DNA of 64,000 nucleotides, from positions 21,989-85,988 of the forward strand of contig CBFHKV010000002.1 of assembly GCA_965656505.1 (NCBI GenBank), written 5' to 3'. Under the pieces are notes generated by a model. It saw only the letters and a program-made list of their open reading frames with translations. It made no database searches and had not been told where the DNA came from. The stretch is from Burkholderiaceae bacterium (GTDB lineage Bacteria > Pseudomonadota > Gammaproteobacteria > Burkholderiales > Burkholderiaceae_B). Of the stretch, positions 48,767 to 57,266 are shown one piece after another. The position numbers and the translations under genes were made by a program. Position 1 is the stretch's first letter. Every line of letters starts with the position of its first letter.

Positions 48767-49048
48767 TCAAACCACATGCACGAGTTCGGCTTCACCACGC
48801 CGAAGGGCGTAAGTGCTCGAACCAACTCGCACAACGATTGGGTCTTGCCCCAGGGGTGCTTTGCGTTGCACGATCACGGCTTCACCTGGTAAAAATCCCA
48901 GGTCTTGGAGTTGCTGAGAGCATTCCGTTAAAGAGTGTTGTTCGCTTGGGGATTTTCTGTGGCGGTCATTTGGGTGATCGCTCGAGTGCTCACTTAGGTG
49001 GTGAATCCGCAATAGCGTATTGAGCGGGGCGGCGGTAAGAGAAAGCAT
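48767..49048 (-). CDS. feoA: FeoA-family protein with a His-rich insertion
   Basis: 93 aa with the LGFLPGEAVIVQRKAPLGQDPIVVRVGSSTYALRRGEAELV SH3-like FeoA core. It lies immediately upstream of feoB. Confidence 0.8.
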   Translation of the reverse strand: MLSLTAAPLNTLLRIHHLSEHSSDHPNDRHRKSPSEQHSLTECSQQLQDLGFLPGEAVIVQRKAPLGQDPIVVRVGSSTYALRRGEAELVHVV

Positions 49049-49057
49049 GATTTCCTT

Positions 49058-49084
49058 AAATAGTAATAATTCTCATTACTATTT
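49058..49084 (-). promoter_or_regulatory. Fur-box-like dyad upstream of feoA
   Basis: AAATAGTAATAATTCTCATTACTATTT reads on the feo strand as TAATGAGAATTATTAC, against the consensus GATAATGATAATCATTATC. It sits 10-36 nt upstream of the feoA start. Confidence 0.6.
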
Positions 49085-49256
49085 TATACTAAGTCAAACA
49101 TTGTTTTTGGGGAGTTTTCTATTTTGGGTCTCAAGCCGGTGCATGCCAAAGCTGAGAAGGCAGCTCAGTTAGCTCAAAGTTAGGTCGTTGGCCTGAGCGA
49201 TACAATGTGTCAGCAAGTCACAGGCAAAAATTTTTTAATAGTGAAGAGAGGTAACG

Positions 49257-49742
49257 ATGGCACTGCAACTGGATCATGACGGTATCGAAGTGGTTGGTTT
49301 GGGGATGCATTTTGATGAGCTCCCAGTCGGTAGGAAATTCAAAACTGTTGGCCGTACGATTACCGAAGCGGATCTGGTGGCCTTCGTGAATGCCACGGGT
49401 TTTACCGAAGTGCTTTTTACCGATACCGAGTTTTTGCGTGAAACGTCAGACATCAAAGGGCGGTTGGTGCCGGGTGCCCTGGTGTATTCCATGGCCGAAG
49501 GGCTATTGATGCAAGCCACCATGCAGCACACTGGTTTTGCTTTTCTTGAAATGACTCTTAAGGTTCATGCGCCGACGCTTGTGGGACAGACCATTCATGT
49601 GTTGTGTGAGGTCACCGAGGCGCGTCCAAGCGGCAGCCGGCCTGACCGTGGGCTTGTGCGCACCCACAACACGGTATTGAACGAAAAGGGCGAGGTTTTG
49701 TTGACCTACACACCCTTACGGTTTGTGAAAAAAGTGGTGTAA
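49257..49742 (+). CDS. MaoC-like (R-specific enoyl-CoA hydratase fold) dehydratase
   Basis: 161 aa with hot-dog fold features (ITEADLVAFVNATGF...). Confidence 0.7.
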   Translation: MALQLDHDGIEVVGLGMHFDELPVGRKFKTVGRTITEADLVAFVNATGFTEVLFTDTEFLRETSDIKGRLVPGALVYSMAEGLLMQATMQHTGFAFLEMTLKVHAPTLVGQTIHVLCEVTEARPSGSRPDRGLVRTHNTVLNEKGEVLLTYTPLRFVKKVV

Positions 49743-49962
49743 GTTGTCATTTGTAATTGATTGTCGGTAATGCGAGTTGCGGCTTCGCCATCTGGATCTG
49801 GTTACACAACATGAATACACAGACCATAAGGGAAAAAGTAACTTGCATTTGTAACTTACCCGCAATTCTCAGGTTTTGCCGCATTTTCCCTGTGTTTTCC
49901 CTTGTCTTATGCCCGCAGCCTATAGGAAAATGCATATTTTGGTGTGTATTTTTCTTAGGGGA

Positions 49963-51822
49963 ATGGTAGTGTCACGGAAAACCGTAGATCAAAAAAAGCG
50001 TCAATTCCTTGCAGGTTCGGCGAGTTTGACAGCCGCGTCTGTTGCCGGTTTGGTAGGATCTTCACGGCCAACACAAGCCGCGCAATCAGCATCTATGGCT
50101 GGTTATCATGCCGCCACGGTCCGCCGAGTCAGACCGGGTGAGCCAGGCTGGCCGTCAGCGAATGAATGGAAGGCATTGGCCGACTCATTGCAAGGCAAGC
50201 TTTTTGAAGTGCCGGATCCGTTTGCCAAATGCAGTGAGGGGCCTAGCGCCTGCGAACAAGTCCTGAAAGACTTTGAAAACCCTTATTTCATCCAAGACAC
50301 GCCGGGAGCGACACAAAGCAGCGGCTGGGTCGACGCGTGGACGAGTCGTGTTAGTCAATATGCGGCCGAGGTGGAAACCGCAGAAGATGTCTCCAAGGCG
50401 GTTCGTTTTGCGCGTCAGCACAATTTGCGGTTGGTGGTGAAGGGCGGTGCGCACAGCTACCTGGGCCAGTCAAATGCACCGGATTCGTTCCTGATATGGA
50501 CCAAGAAACTTAACGCCATCCAAATGCATGACAAGTTCCAACCCCAAGGCAGTGAAGGTGAGCCGTTTGAGGCCGTCTCAGTTCAGGGTGGTGCAATCTG
50601 GGTTGATGTTTACGACAAGGCGGTGGTGAAAGGCAAACGCTATGTCCAAGGTGGTGGTTGTACGACGGTGGGTGTCGGCGGCCATCTGCAAACCGGTGGT
50701 TTTGGTAGTTTTTCTAAGCGCTTTGGTATTGCGGCCAGTGGCATTGTTGAGATGGAAGTCGTGCTAGCTGACGGCAGCATCGTGGTGGCAAATGAAAACG
50801 TCCATTCGGATCTCTTTTGGGCCATGCGTGGCGCGGGCGCAGCGTTCGGCATCATCACGCGGGCCACGATGAAGCTACACCCTTTACCCAAGACGTTCGG
50901 TTTTACTGGTTTAAAAGTAAAGGCCAAAAACGATGCCGCTTACACGGCATTGGTTGAGCATTTCTTGCGGTTTTATCGTGACCAGTTGATGAATCCGCAT
51001 TGGGGTGAGCACGCTGGTTTCAATGGCGAGAACGAGTTAGAAATCGCGCTTGTCAGTCAGGATTTGACTGAGCAAGAAGTGGCCGATATTTGGCAACCCT
51101 TTGTTGATTGGGTCCAAGCGCGTGACGAGGACTTTAAACTCGTCTCGCCCTTGCGACTGGTGGTTATGCCTGCTGAGCATTGGTGGGACGTCGAGTACCG
51201 CAAAAAGAATCTTCCTAATTCAATTGTTGTCGACAATAGACCAAACGCAAAGCCTGGCGCTTACTGGTGGTCCGGCAGCACGCGGGAGGTCAGTATATAC
51301 ATCGCGGGCTATGAGTCTGGCTGGTTACATGAGCGTCTATTGCAAGATGACAACTTATCTACATTAGCCATGACCCTTGTGGCCGCATCAAGAGTCAGGG
51401 GTTTTGAAATCCACTTCAACAAAGGTTTGGCTGGGGCGCCACCTGAAGTTGCACGTCAAGGCAGCGAGATACCGATCAATCCAGTCGTACAACACGCGTT
51501 TGGTCTGATCATTATTGCCGGTGGTGAACTCAATGTGCACGAAGGTCTACGGGGTCATGAACCCAACAAGGCACAAGCTCGCGCTGAATCAGCAAAAATT
51601 ACTCAGGCCATGGATTTGATCCGGGCCATTGCCCCTGAGGCCGGAGCCTATTGCTCTGAAATGAGTTATTTCGCAAGCAATTGGCAAACAGATGCCTGGG
51701 GTAACAACTATCCGAGACTTTTGACGCTGAAACAAAAATATGACCCAACAGGTCTTTTTTTGGCGCATCATTACGTAGGAAGTGAGCAGTGGAGCCGCGA
51801 CGGCTTCGAAAAGCAGGGCTAG
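49963..51822 (+). CDS. Tat-exported FAD-linked oxidase (PCMH-type FAD domain plus BBE-like C-terminus)
   Basis: It has a twin-Arg-like signal (QKKRQFLAGSASLTAASVAG), an FAD-binding segment (RLVVKGGAHSY...GGGCTTVGVGGHLQTGGFG) and a C-terminal YDPTGLF BBE motif. The start could be the ATG at 49963 or the GTG at 49969. Confidence 0.75.
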   Translation: MVVSRKTVDQKKRQFLAGSASLTAASVAGLVGSSRPTQAAQSASMAGYHAATVRRVRPGEPGWPSANEWKALADSLQGKLFEVPDPFAKCSEGPSACEQVLKDFENPYFIQDTPGATQSSGWVDAWTSRVSQYAAEVETAEDVSKAVRFARQHNLRLVVKGGAHSYLGQSNAPDSFLIWTKKLNAIQMHDKFQPQGSEGEPFEAVSVQGGAIWVDVYDKAVVKGKRYVQGGGCTTVGVGGHLQTGGFGSFSKRFGIAASGIVEMEVVLADGSIVVANENVHSDLFWAMRGAGAAFGIITRATMKLHPLPKTFGFTGLKVKAKNDAAYTALVEHFLRFYRDQLMNPHWGEHAGFNGENELEIALVSQDLTEQEVADIWQPFVDWVQARDEDFKLVSPLRLVVMPAEHWWDVEYRKKNLPNSIVVDNRPNAKPGAYWWSGSTREVSIYIAGYESGWLHERLLQDDNLSTLAMTLVAASRVRGFEIHFNKGLAGAPPEVARQGSEIPINPVVQHAFGLIIIAGGELNVHEGLRGHEPNKAQARAESAKITQAMDLIRAIAPEAGAYCSEMSYFASNWQTDAWGNNYPRLLTLKQKYDPTGLFLAHHYVGSEQWSRDGFEKQG

Positions 51823-51869
51823 GAGCAGTATTGCCTCATCTTTCTTAACCTTTTTGTTTGGATAATCTC

Positions 51870-52631
51870 ATGTGCTTTATCTGTAATAAGCTATCCCTCG
51901 GCAGTGCTGAAGCCCAGCATGCGACCGGCACCAAGAGCCGTCGAGCCATGCTCGGCGCACTTGGCGCCATACCTTTAGCGGGCGCTTTTTCTCTTGGTCG
52001 ATCGGTTCATGCCGCCACGCCACCAAAACCGCAGAACGCCTTGTCACCTGATGAAGCTTTAGATCGTCTGATGGCAGGAAATGAGCGGTATGTTTCCGGC
52101 AGGTCTTCTAAGGTTGACTTTGCATCCACAAGAGCTGCCTTAACGGGTGGTCAGAATCCGTATGCCTGTTTGGTCAGTTGTGCCGATTCGCGCATCGGCC
52201 CAGAGTATTGTTTTGATGAAGGACGTGGTGACTTATTCGTCACGCGCGTCGCCGGTAATTTCGTCAATACCGATATTTTGGCTAGTTTGGAGTACGGTAC
52301 TGCCGTGCTTGGTTCGCCGCTCATCATGGTTTTAGGGCACACCAGTTGTGGTGCGATTGGCGCAGCTGTCAGTGCTTATGTCGACAATGCCAGCTTTCCG
52401 GGACATATCCAAAGCCTGACAACAGCCTTGGCGCCTTCGGTTCGACAAGCCTCAAAAACAGCCCAGGGTGAAGCCCTGATCGATGCGACTACCCGCGACA
52501 ACATTCGCTTGAATGTGCGTAAGCTGCAAGAGTCCAACCCCATCATCAGTGAAAGGGTCGCCAAAGGTGACTTAAAAATCGTTGGTGGTCTCTATCATTT
52601 AGACACAGGTCGGGTTGAGATAATTAGTTAA
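51870..52631 (+). CDS. Beta-class carbonic anhydrase with a Tat-type signal
   Basis: SRRAMLGALG signal, plus zinc-ligand motifs SCADSR and HTSCGA. Confidence 0.85.
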   Translation: MCFICNKLSLGSAEAQHATGTKSRRAMLGALGAIPLAGAFSLGRSVHAATPPKPQNALSPDEALDRLMAGNERYVSGRSSKVDFASTRAALTGGQNPYACLVSCADSRIGPEYCFDEGRGDLFVTRVAGNFVNTDILASLEYGTAVLGSPLIMVLGHTSCGAIGAAVSAYVDNASFPGHIQSLTTALAPSVRQASKTAQGEALIDATTRDNIRLNVRKLQESNPIISERVAKGDLKIVGGLYHLDTGRVEIIS

Positions 52632-52698
52632 AGCAGGTGTTGATCGGCTCGACTAGTCATCCCCAAACATTGCTGATCTCTGTTTGAACAGTCCAACG

Positions 52699-52735
52699 AA
52701 AAGCCCTCTGAGCCTGGTGGCTGCAGAGGGCTTTT
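52699..52735. terminator. Bidirectional Rho-independent terminator
   Basis: AAAA-GCCCTCTG-N13-CAGAGGGC-TTTT between convergent genes. Confidence 0.8.
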
Positions 52736-52754
52736 GCCGTAAAAGAAGTGGTGT

Positions 52755-53186
52755 TTATCCTGACATCTTAGGCGGGAACAACTGATACCAAAAGCCGTAG
52801 ACCCAGCATGCTGCGCAAAAGGAAAAGGCCCACTCTAACGTTGAAAAAATCACCAGTGCCACTGTAGGAACTACCCAAAAACTGTTGCCTGTAAAAAACA
52901 ACACACTAGCCACCGTTGCCGCAATAAATAAAAGTTTATTGGCAAACATTTTTGCCCCAGCGTTTTCTTTTTCTCCTGCGATACTGGCCTTGTTCATGAG
53001 TTGCGCAAACACAATATGTGATGGACATTTGCGATGGCCAAAGAAGCCGCGCACAAAGCCCATGATGGCTAGTAGAGGTAACAAGTATGGAAAGCCCAAT
53101 AAAGCGATGGCGCAGAAGGCAAACGTGATGAACGCTTCAAAACGCACAACGTTGGCGTTAACAGGGGGCACATCGAATCTCAACAT
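52755..53186 (-). CDS. DUF4395-like membrane protein
   Basis: 143 aa with four hydrophobic segments and a C-terminal LEWAFSFCAACWVY motif, which I associate with DUF4395. Confidence 0.55.
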   Translation of the reverse strand: MLRFDVPPVNANVVRFEAFITFAFCAIALLGFPYLLPLLAIMGFVRGFFGHRKCPSHIVFAQLMNKASIAGEKENAGAKMFANKLLFIAATVASVLFFTGNSFWVVPTVALVIFSTLEWAFSFCAACWVYGFWYQLFPPKMSG

Positions 53187-53353
53187 GTCATTTCATCCTT
53201 TGTGTTGGTGCTCTTGGTATCACAAATAATAATACATTAATAAATATATTATTATTCAATATAATTTTATATCAAAAGATTTAACCTCAACAGAGTGTGG
53301 TCGAGTTGGTCGCATACCAAGATATGAAAGGGCCTAAAGACAACGTTCTTTAG

Positions 53354-54103
53354 TCACCGTCCACCAGCCACATCGACGTAAGACCCGTGAATATAGGAGG
53401 CTGCGTCAGAAGCCAGCCACAACACAGTCTCGGCAACCTCCTCGGGCTGACCGATCCGTCCGAGGGTGGTTGCGACAGCCGCCATTTCAGCGGCTTTTTC
53501 AATGCCGCCGCGACTGTTTTGAATGTCTGTGGCGATAATGCCCGGGCGAACCCCGCAAACACGAATGCCTTGCGGACCCACCTCGTGAGCCAAGGCCAGA
53601 TTAAAGCCATCAAGTGCCGCTTTTGTGCTGGTGTAGGCATTGCCGCCGGTCATGCTACCCAAACGTGCCGCCACGGACGACATATTCACAATGACCCCAC
53701 CTTTGCCGCCGTGTTGGGTCGACATCCGTTTGACCGCTTCGCGACTGCAATAGTAGGCGCTAAATACATTGGCTTGAAAGCTGCGCATTACGTTATCCGG
53801 TATGGCGTCGACGATAGAAAAGGTGTCAACAATACCGGCGTTATTAACCAAAACGTCGATTGCTCCCCATGTTTGATCCACGGTTTGAAACAAGCGATCC
53901 ACCTCTTCAGAGTGTCCTACGTCAGCCTGAACCATTAGGGCTTGTCCGCCGACCGCCTCGATCTGGCTAACCACATCAGCCGCTGCCGTCTGGTTTTGCA
54001 AATAATTAACCACCACGCGATAACCTTGAGAGGCAGCTAATTTAGCGGTTTGGGCACCGATACCGCGACTGGCGCCAGTGATGAGCATAATTTGTGATGT
54101 CAT
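53354..54103 (-). CDS. SDR-family oxidoreductase
   Basis: From the ATG at 54103 (MTSQIMLITGASRGIG), with a YTSTKAA motif. It starts 5 nt after the HDAC-like gene stop. Confidence 0.85.
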   Translation of the reverse strand: MTSQIMLITGASRGIGAQTAKLAASQGYRVVVNYLQNQTAAADVVSQIEAVGGQALMVQADVGHSEEVDRLFQTVDQTWGAIDVLVNNAGIVDTFSIVDAIPDNVMRSFQANVFSAYYCSREAVKRMSTQHGGKGGVIVNMSSVAARLGSMTGGNAYTSTKAALDGFNLALAHEVGPQGIRVCGVRPGIIATDIQNSRGGIEKAAEMAAVATTLGRIGQPEEVAETVLWLASDAASYIHGSYVDVAGGR

Positions 54104-54108
54104 GAGCG

Positions 54109-55044
54109 TTAAGCCAAAGATGTGTAAGTGGAAGTGGTGTCCCGACACAGCCGGTCAAAGTGATTCAAGGCACTGGTAACCGTTTGGGCATGGACCCTGA
54201 CGGTATTTTTTATCACATTGCCGTAGCCGCCCGCCATGGTGACGGCGACTGGCAAGCGATGAGCGGCCGCAAAGTCAAAGACTCGCGTATCTCGTTTTTG
54301 TAAACCCTCATAACTGACGCTTAAACGACCCAGACGGTCATCTTCATGAGGGTCAGCACCCGCCAAATAAATCAAAAACTCGGGTTTGAATTGCTTCTCT
54401 ATGGTATCTAAGGCCTGCTCGAGTGCGTTCAGGTATTCGGTGTCCTGGCAGCCGTCAGGTAACGCGATGTCGAGATCGCCTGCTTCTTTGCGAAAGGGAA
54501 AGTTTTTTTCCCCATGTAAAGAGAGCGTAAAGATGGAAGCATCTTTTTGCAGTATGGCGGCAGTACCGTTGCCTTGATGAACATCCAGATCAATGATGGC
54601 AACCCTTAGGCGTCGATTGTGTTCTCTTTGAATCACGCGAGCAGCAACCGCAGCATCGTTAAAGACACAAAAACCGCTGCCTTTGCCACGATAAGCATGG
54701 TGGGTGCCACCAGCTAAATTAACGGCAATTCCGTCATGCAAGGCCGCCCGACTGGCCGCAATGGTTGCGCCCACAGAACGACGCGATCGTTCGACCATAG
54801 CTGGAGTCCAGGGGAAACCAATTTCCCGTTGTTCAGCCTTCTCGAGGGTGCCGTTGATCACCCGTTGTATGTAGGTGGGGTCATGGGCGAGCAATAGTTC
54901 CGTGTCAGAGGCGGCAGGGGCCTCGACCAATGAAATGCCGTCAAGACTTTCCACCTGTTCACGAAGCAACCGATACTTGGACATCGGGAATCGGTGGTCT
55001 TCGGGTAACGGCAAGACGAAATGGTCGGTATAGTAGATTTTCAC
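54109..55044 (-). CDS. Histone-deacetylase-family amidohydrolase (AcuC/acetylpolyamine amidohydrolase-like)
   Basis: 311 aa with AGGTHHA, FCVFND and DLDVHQGNGT zinc/catalytic motifs. Confidence 0.8.
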   Translation of the reverse strand: MKIYYTDHFVLPLPEDHRFPMSKYRLLREQVESLDGISLVEAPAASDTELLLAHDPTYIQRVINGTLEKAEQREIGFPWTPAMVERSRRSVGATIAASRAALHDGIAVNLAGGTHHAYRGKGSGFCVFNDAAVAARVIQREHNRRLRVAIIDLDVHQGNGTAAILQKDASIFTLSLHGEKNFPFRKEAGDLDIALPDGCQDTEYLNALEQALDTIEKQFKPEFLIYLAGADPHEDDRLGRLSVSYEGLQKRDTRVFDFAAAHRLPVAVTMAGGYGNVIKNTVRVHAQTVTSALNHFDRLCRDTTSTYTSLA

Positions 55045-55141
55045 GATGAGATTGATTTCGGTTGGTCTTTCTCTCTTGTGGCGAGCTTGATCAGGTATCC
55101 TAAATACTTAGCTTAGCGAAATATCTTTGGAGCACTGAATC

Positions 55142-56149
55142 ATGACCCATACTGCTCAGTCTTTCAAGCCCGGTCTTACCGGGACGCCTGTCGATAAGCG
55201 CTCAAAGGGGTTTTACCAGCGGGGGTTTTACCAGCAGGGCTTTTACCAGCGAGTCAGATCAATGCTCGTCTTGACAGGGTTGGTGCTGGTTTCTCTGAGT
55301 CTTCAAGCCCAACCCATGGCACCCGGTGCAACCCAAACCAGCTTTTCTGTGACCGGCTTAACGCAATTCAAGACCGATCTAAACGGCGGTGGTGACTTCA
55401 ATTGGTCCGGATTTAACGCCCGTTTGGGGGTGGGCCGACAATTCAGCCCTGCTTTGGCCTTAGGCGTTTATGTGAAATATGGCTATGAAGACTGGTCCTG
55501 GTCTGCCCCGGCTGCATTTGGTGCACAGGCGCCTTGGGGTTCCATTAGTACGCCTGGCCTGGGTCTAAGCGTGACCTACTCGCCGACGGCCACATTGCGT
55601 TTGGGTGTCAGACCCTCGATTGAATGGGCTGGCGAAGAGGGTGTGGGAACCGATTCATCAGCGCTTTATGGTGCGGTTTTTAGCGCGACCAATACGTTTT
55701 CGAATGATTTGACACTTGGTCTTGGCGCGGGTGTCTTTAGAGAGTTCGGAGAAAACAAGGTTTTTCCCTTTTTGGCTGTGAACTGGAAAATAAACGACAA
55801 CTGGACCTTGAAGAATCCGCTGCCGGCTGGTCCAGCAGGCGGCGCAGGGCTGGAGCTCGCCTATGAGATCAGCCCGCGTTGGACGTTGAGTGCCGGCGGT
55901 GCCTATCGCAGCTATCGTTTCCGATTAAATAATTCAGGGCCTTACGCCGGCGGTGTGGGCCAGCATCGGTTGATTCCGATTTTTGCGAGAGTGAACTATG
56001 CGTTCACACCTAAGACGTCACTTGATTTTTACGCCGTTGCATCTGCAGGCGGCAATGTTCAAGTGGAAAGTGCAGATGGATTACAAACCCTGAATTCAGG
56101 GTATGACACAGGCATTGGATTGGCCATCAACCTGTCGCACCGCTTCTGA
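55142..56149 (+). CDS. Outer-membrane beta-barrel protein of unknown family
   Basis: It has a hydrophobic signal-like segment (MLVLTGLVLVSLSLQAQP), alternating beta-strand patterning and a terminal ...NLSHRF. The true start may instead be the ATG at about 55261. Confidence 0.6.
   Translation: MTHTAQSFKPGLTGTPVDKRSKGFYQRGFYQQGFYQRVRSMLVLTGLVLVSLSLQAQPMAPGATQTSFSVTGLTQFKTDLNGGGDFNWSGFNARLGVGRQFSPALALGVYVKYGYEDWSWSAPAAFGAQAPWGSISTPGLGLSVTYSPTATLRLGVRPSIEWAGEEGVGTDSSALYGAVFSATNTFSNDLTLGLGAGVFREFGENKVFPFLAVNWKINDNWTLKNPLPAGPAGGAGLELAYEISPRWTLSAGGAYRSYRFRLNNSGPYAGGVGQHRLIPIFARVNYAFTPKTSLDFYAVASAGGNVQVESADGLQTLNSGYDTGIGLAINLSHRF
55207..55251 (+). repeat. Tandem 15-nt repeat x3 (GGGGTTTTACCAGCG-like)
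   Basis: The three units are GGGGTTTTACCAGCG, GGGGTTTTACCAGCA and GGGCTTTTACCAGCG. If translated they encode GFYQR-GFYQQ-GFYQR. Confidence 0.9.
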
Positions 56150-56159
56150 TGACCGCGTT

Positions 56160-56186
56160 GGGGGGCAGTGCTGTGGTTTGCCCCCC
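56160..56186 (+). terminator. Hairpin downstream of the OMP gene
   Basis: GGGGGGCA-N11-TGCCCCCC. The U-tract is weak. Confidence 0.5.
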
Positions 56187-56295
56187 TGAAATGGGGTCAG
56201 CATAGGATGGGCGAGCTTATAAGATCAGCACTCGTTGGCGACGATTCAGCAGGCTGATTAGATGGCAACGCTTGATTGATACGATAGGAGACCGT

Positions 56296-57231
56296 ATGAA
56301 AATCGCTGTGATCGGGGCAGGATTGATTGGACAAGCATGGGCGATTGTTTTTGCTCGAAGTGGTCACCAAGTGACCCTTTGGGATGGGCATGAGGAGGCT
56401 CTGAATCAAGCGCCGGTTGTGATTGCCAAATTAGTCGAGGACTTGCAAACTGCCGGTCTGGTCCAAGACAGTGCGGCTGTGATGTCAAACATCACGACCA
56501 ATATCACCTTGGCCGACGCATTGGAAGGGGCGGGTTACGTCCAAGAAAACTTGCCCGAGCGGGTGGAGATCAAACGAGAGATTTTTGCCCGGCTCGATGA
56601 GTTGGCCGATGAAAACATCGTCCTTGCAAGCTCGACCTCAAGTATTCCTGCCTCGACCTTCACCGAATCGCTCGCTGGTCGCGCGCGTTGCGTGATTGCG
56701 CACCCGGTAAATCCACCTTATCTTGTTCCTGTGGTTGAAATCTGTGGGGCACCCTGGACGCACAGCGATACCATCCAAAAAACGCAGAATTTGATGCAAC
56801 AAGTAGGCCAAGCGCCAGTCCACATCAAAAAAGAGTTGGAAGGTTTTGTCTTGAACCGCTTACAGGGGGCATTACTGCGAGAAGCGTTTAGACTGGTTGA
56901 GCAAGGTTACGTCGATGTGGACGATCTTGATGCCACGATCAGAGACGGTTTGGGCTTGCGTTGGGCTTTTATGGGGCCGTTTGAAACCATTGATCTTAAT
57001 GCGCCGGATGGTTTGGGTGACTATGCCCAACGATACGGTCCGCTTTATCAGTCAATAGCGACCGAACAAACCGATACCCGTCCTTGGTCTGACGCGCTCA
57101 TTGCGCAAGTCGATCAAGCACGCCGAGAAAAATTGCCAAAAACGCAATTGGCCGAGCGCCGTCTCTGGCGTGACCGTCGATTAATGGAACTGGCCGTTCA
57201 ACGCCTGCAGCAACAAGCCAAAGAAACATAG
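56296..57231 (+). CDS. NAD-dependent 3-hydroxyacyl(-CoA)-dehydrogenase-fold enzyme (lambda-crystallin/carnitine-dehydrogenase-like)
   Basis: MKIAVIGAGLIGQAWAIVFARSGHQVTLWD Rossmann motif, plus the HPVNPP motif and an AGGAG RBS. Confidence 0.75.
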   Translation: MKIAVIGAGLIGQAWAIVFARSGHQVTLWDGHEEALNQAPVVIAKLVEDLQTAGLVQDSAAVMSNITTNITLADALEGAGYVQENLPERVEIKREIFARLDELADENIVLASSTSSIPASTFTESLAGRARCVIAHPVNPPYLVPVVEICGAPWTHSDTIQKTQNLMQQVGQAPVHIKKELEGFVLNRLQGALLREAFRLVEQGYVDVDDLDATIRDGLGLRWAFMGPFETIDLNAPDGLGDYAQRYGPLYQSIATEQTDTRPWSDALIAQVDQARREKLPKTQLAERRLWRDRRLMELAVQRLQQQAKET

Positions 57232-57266
57232 ATGCCACTCTCTAGATTCAAACAAGGAGACAATCA

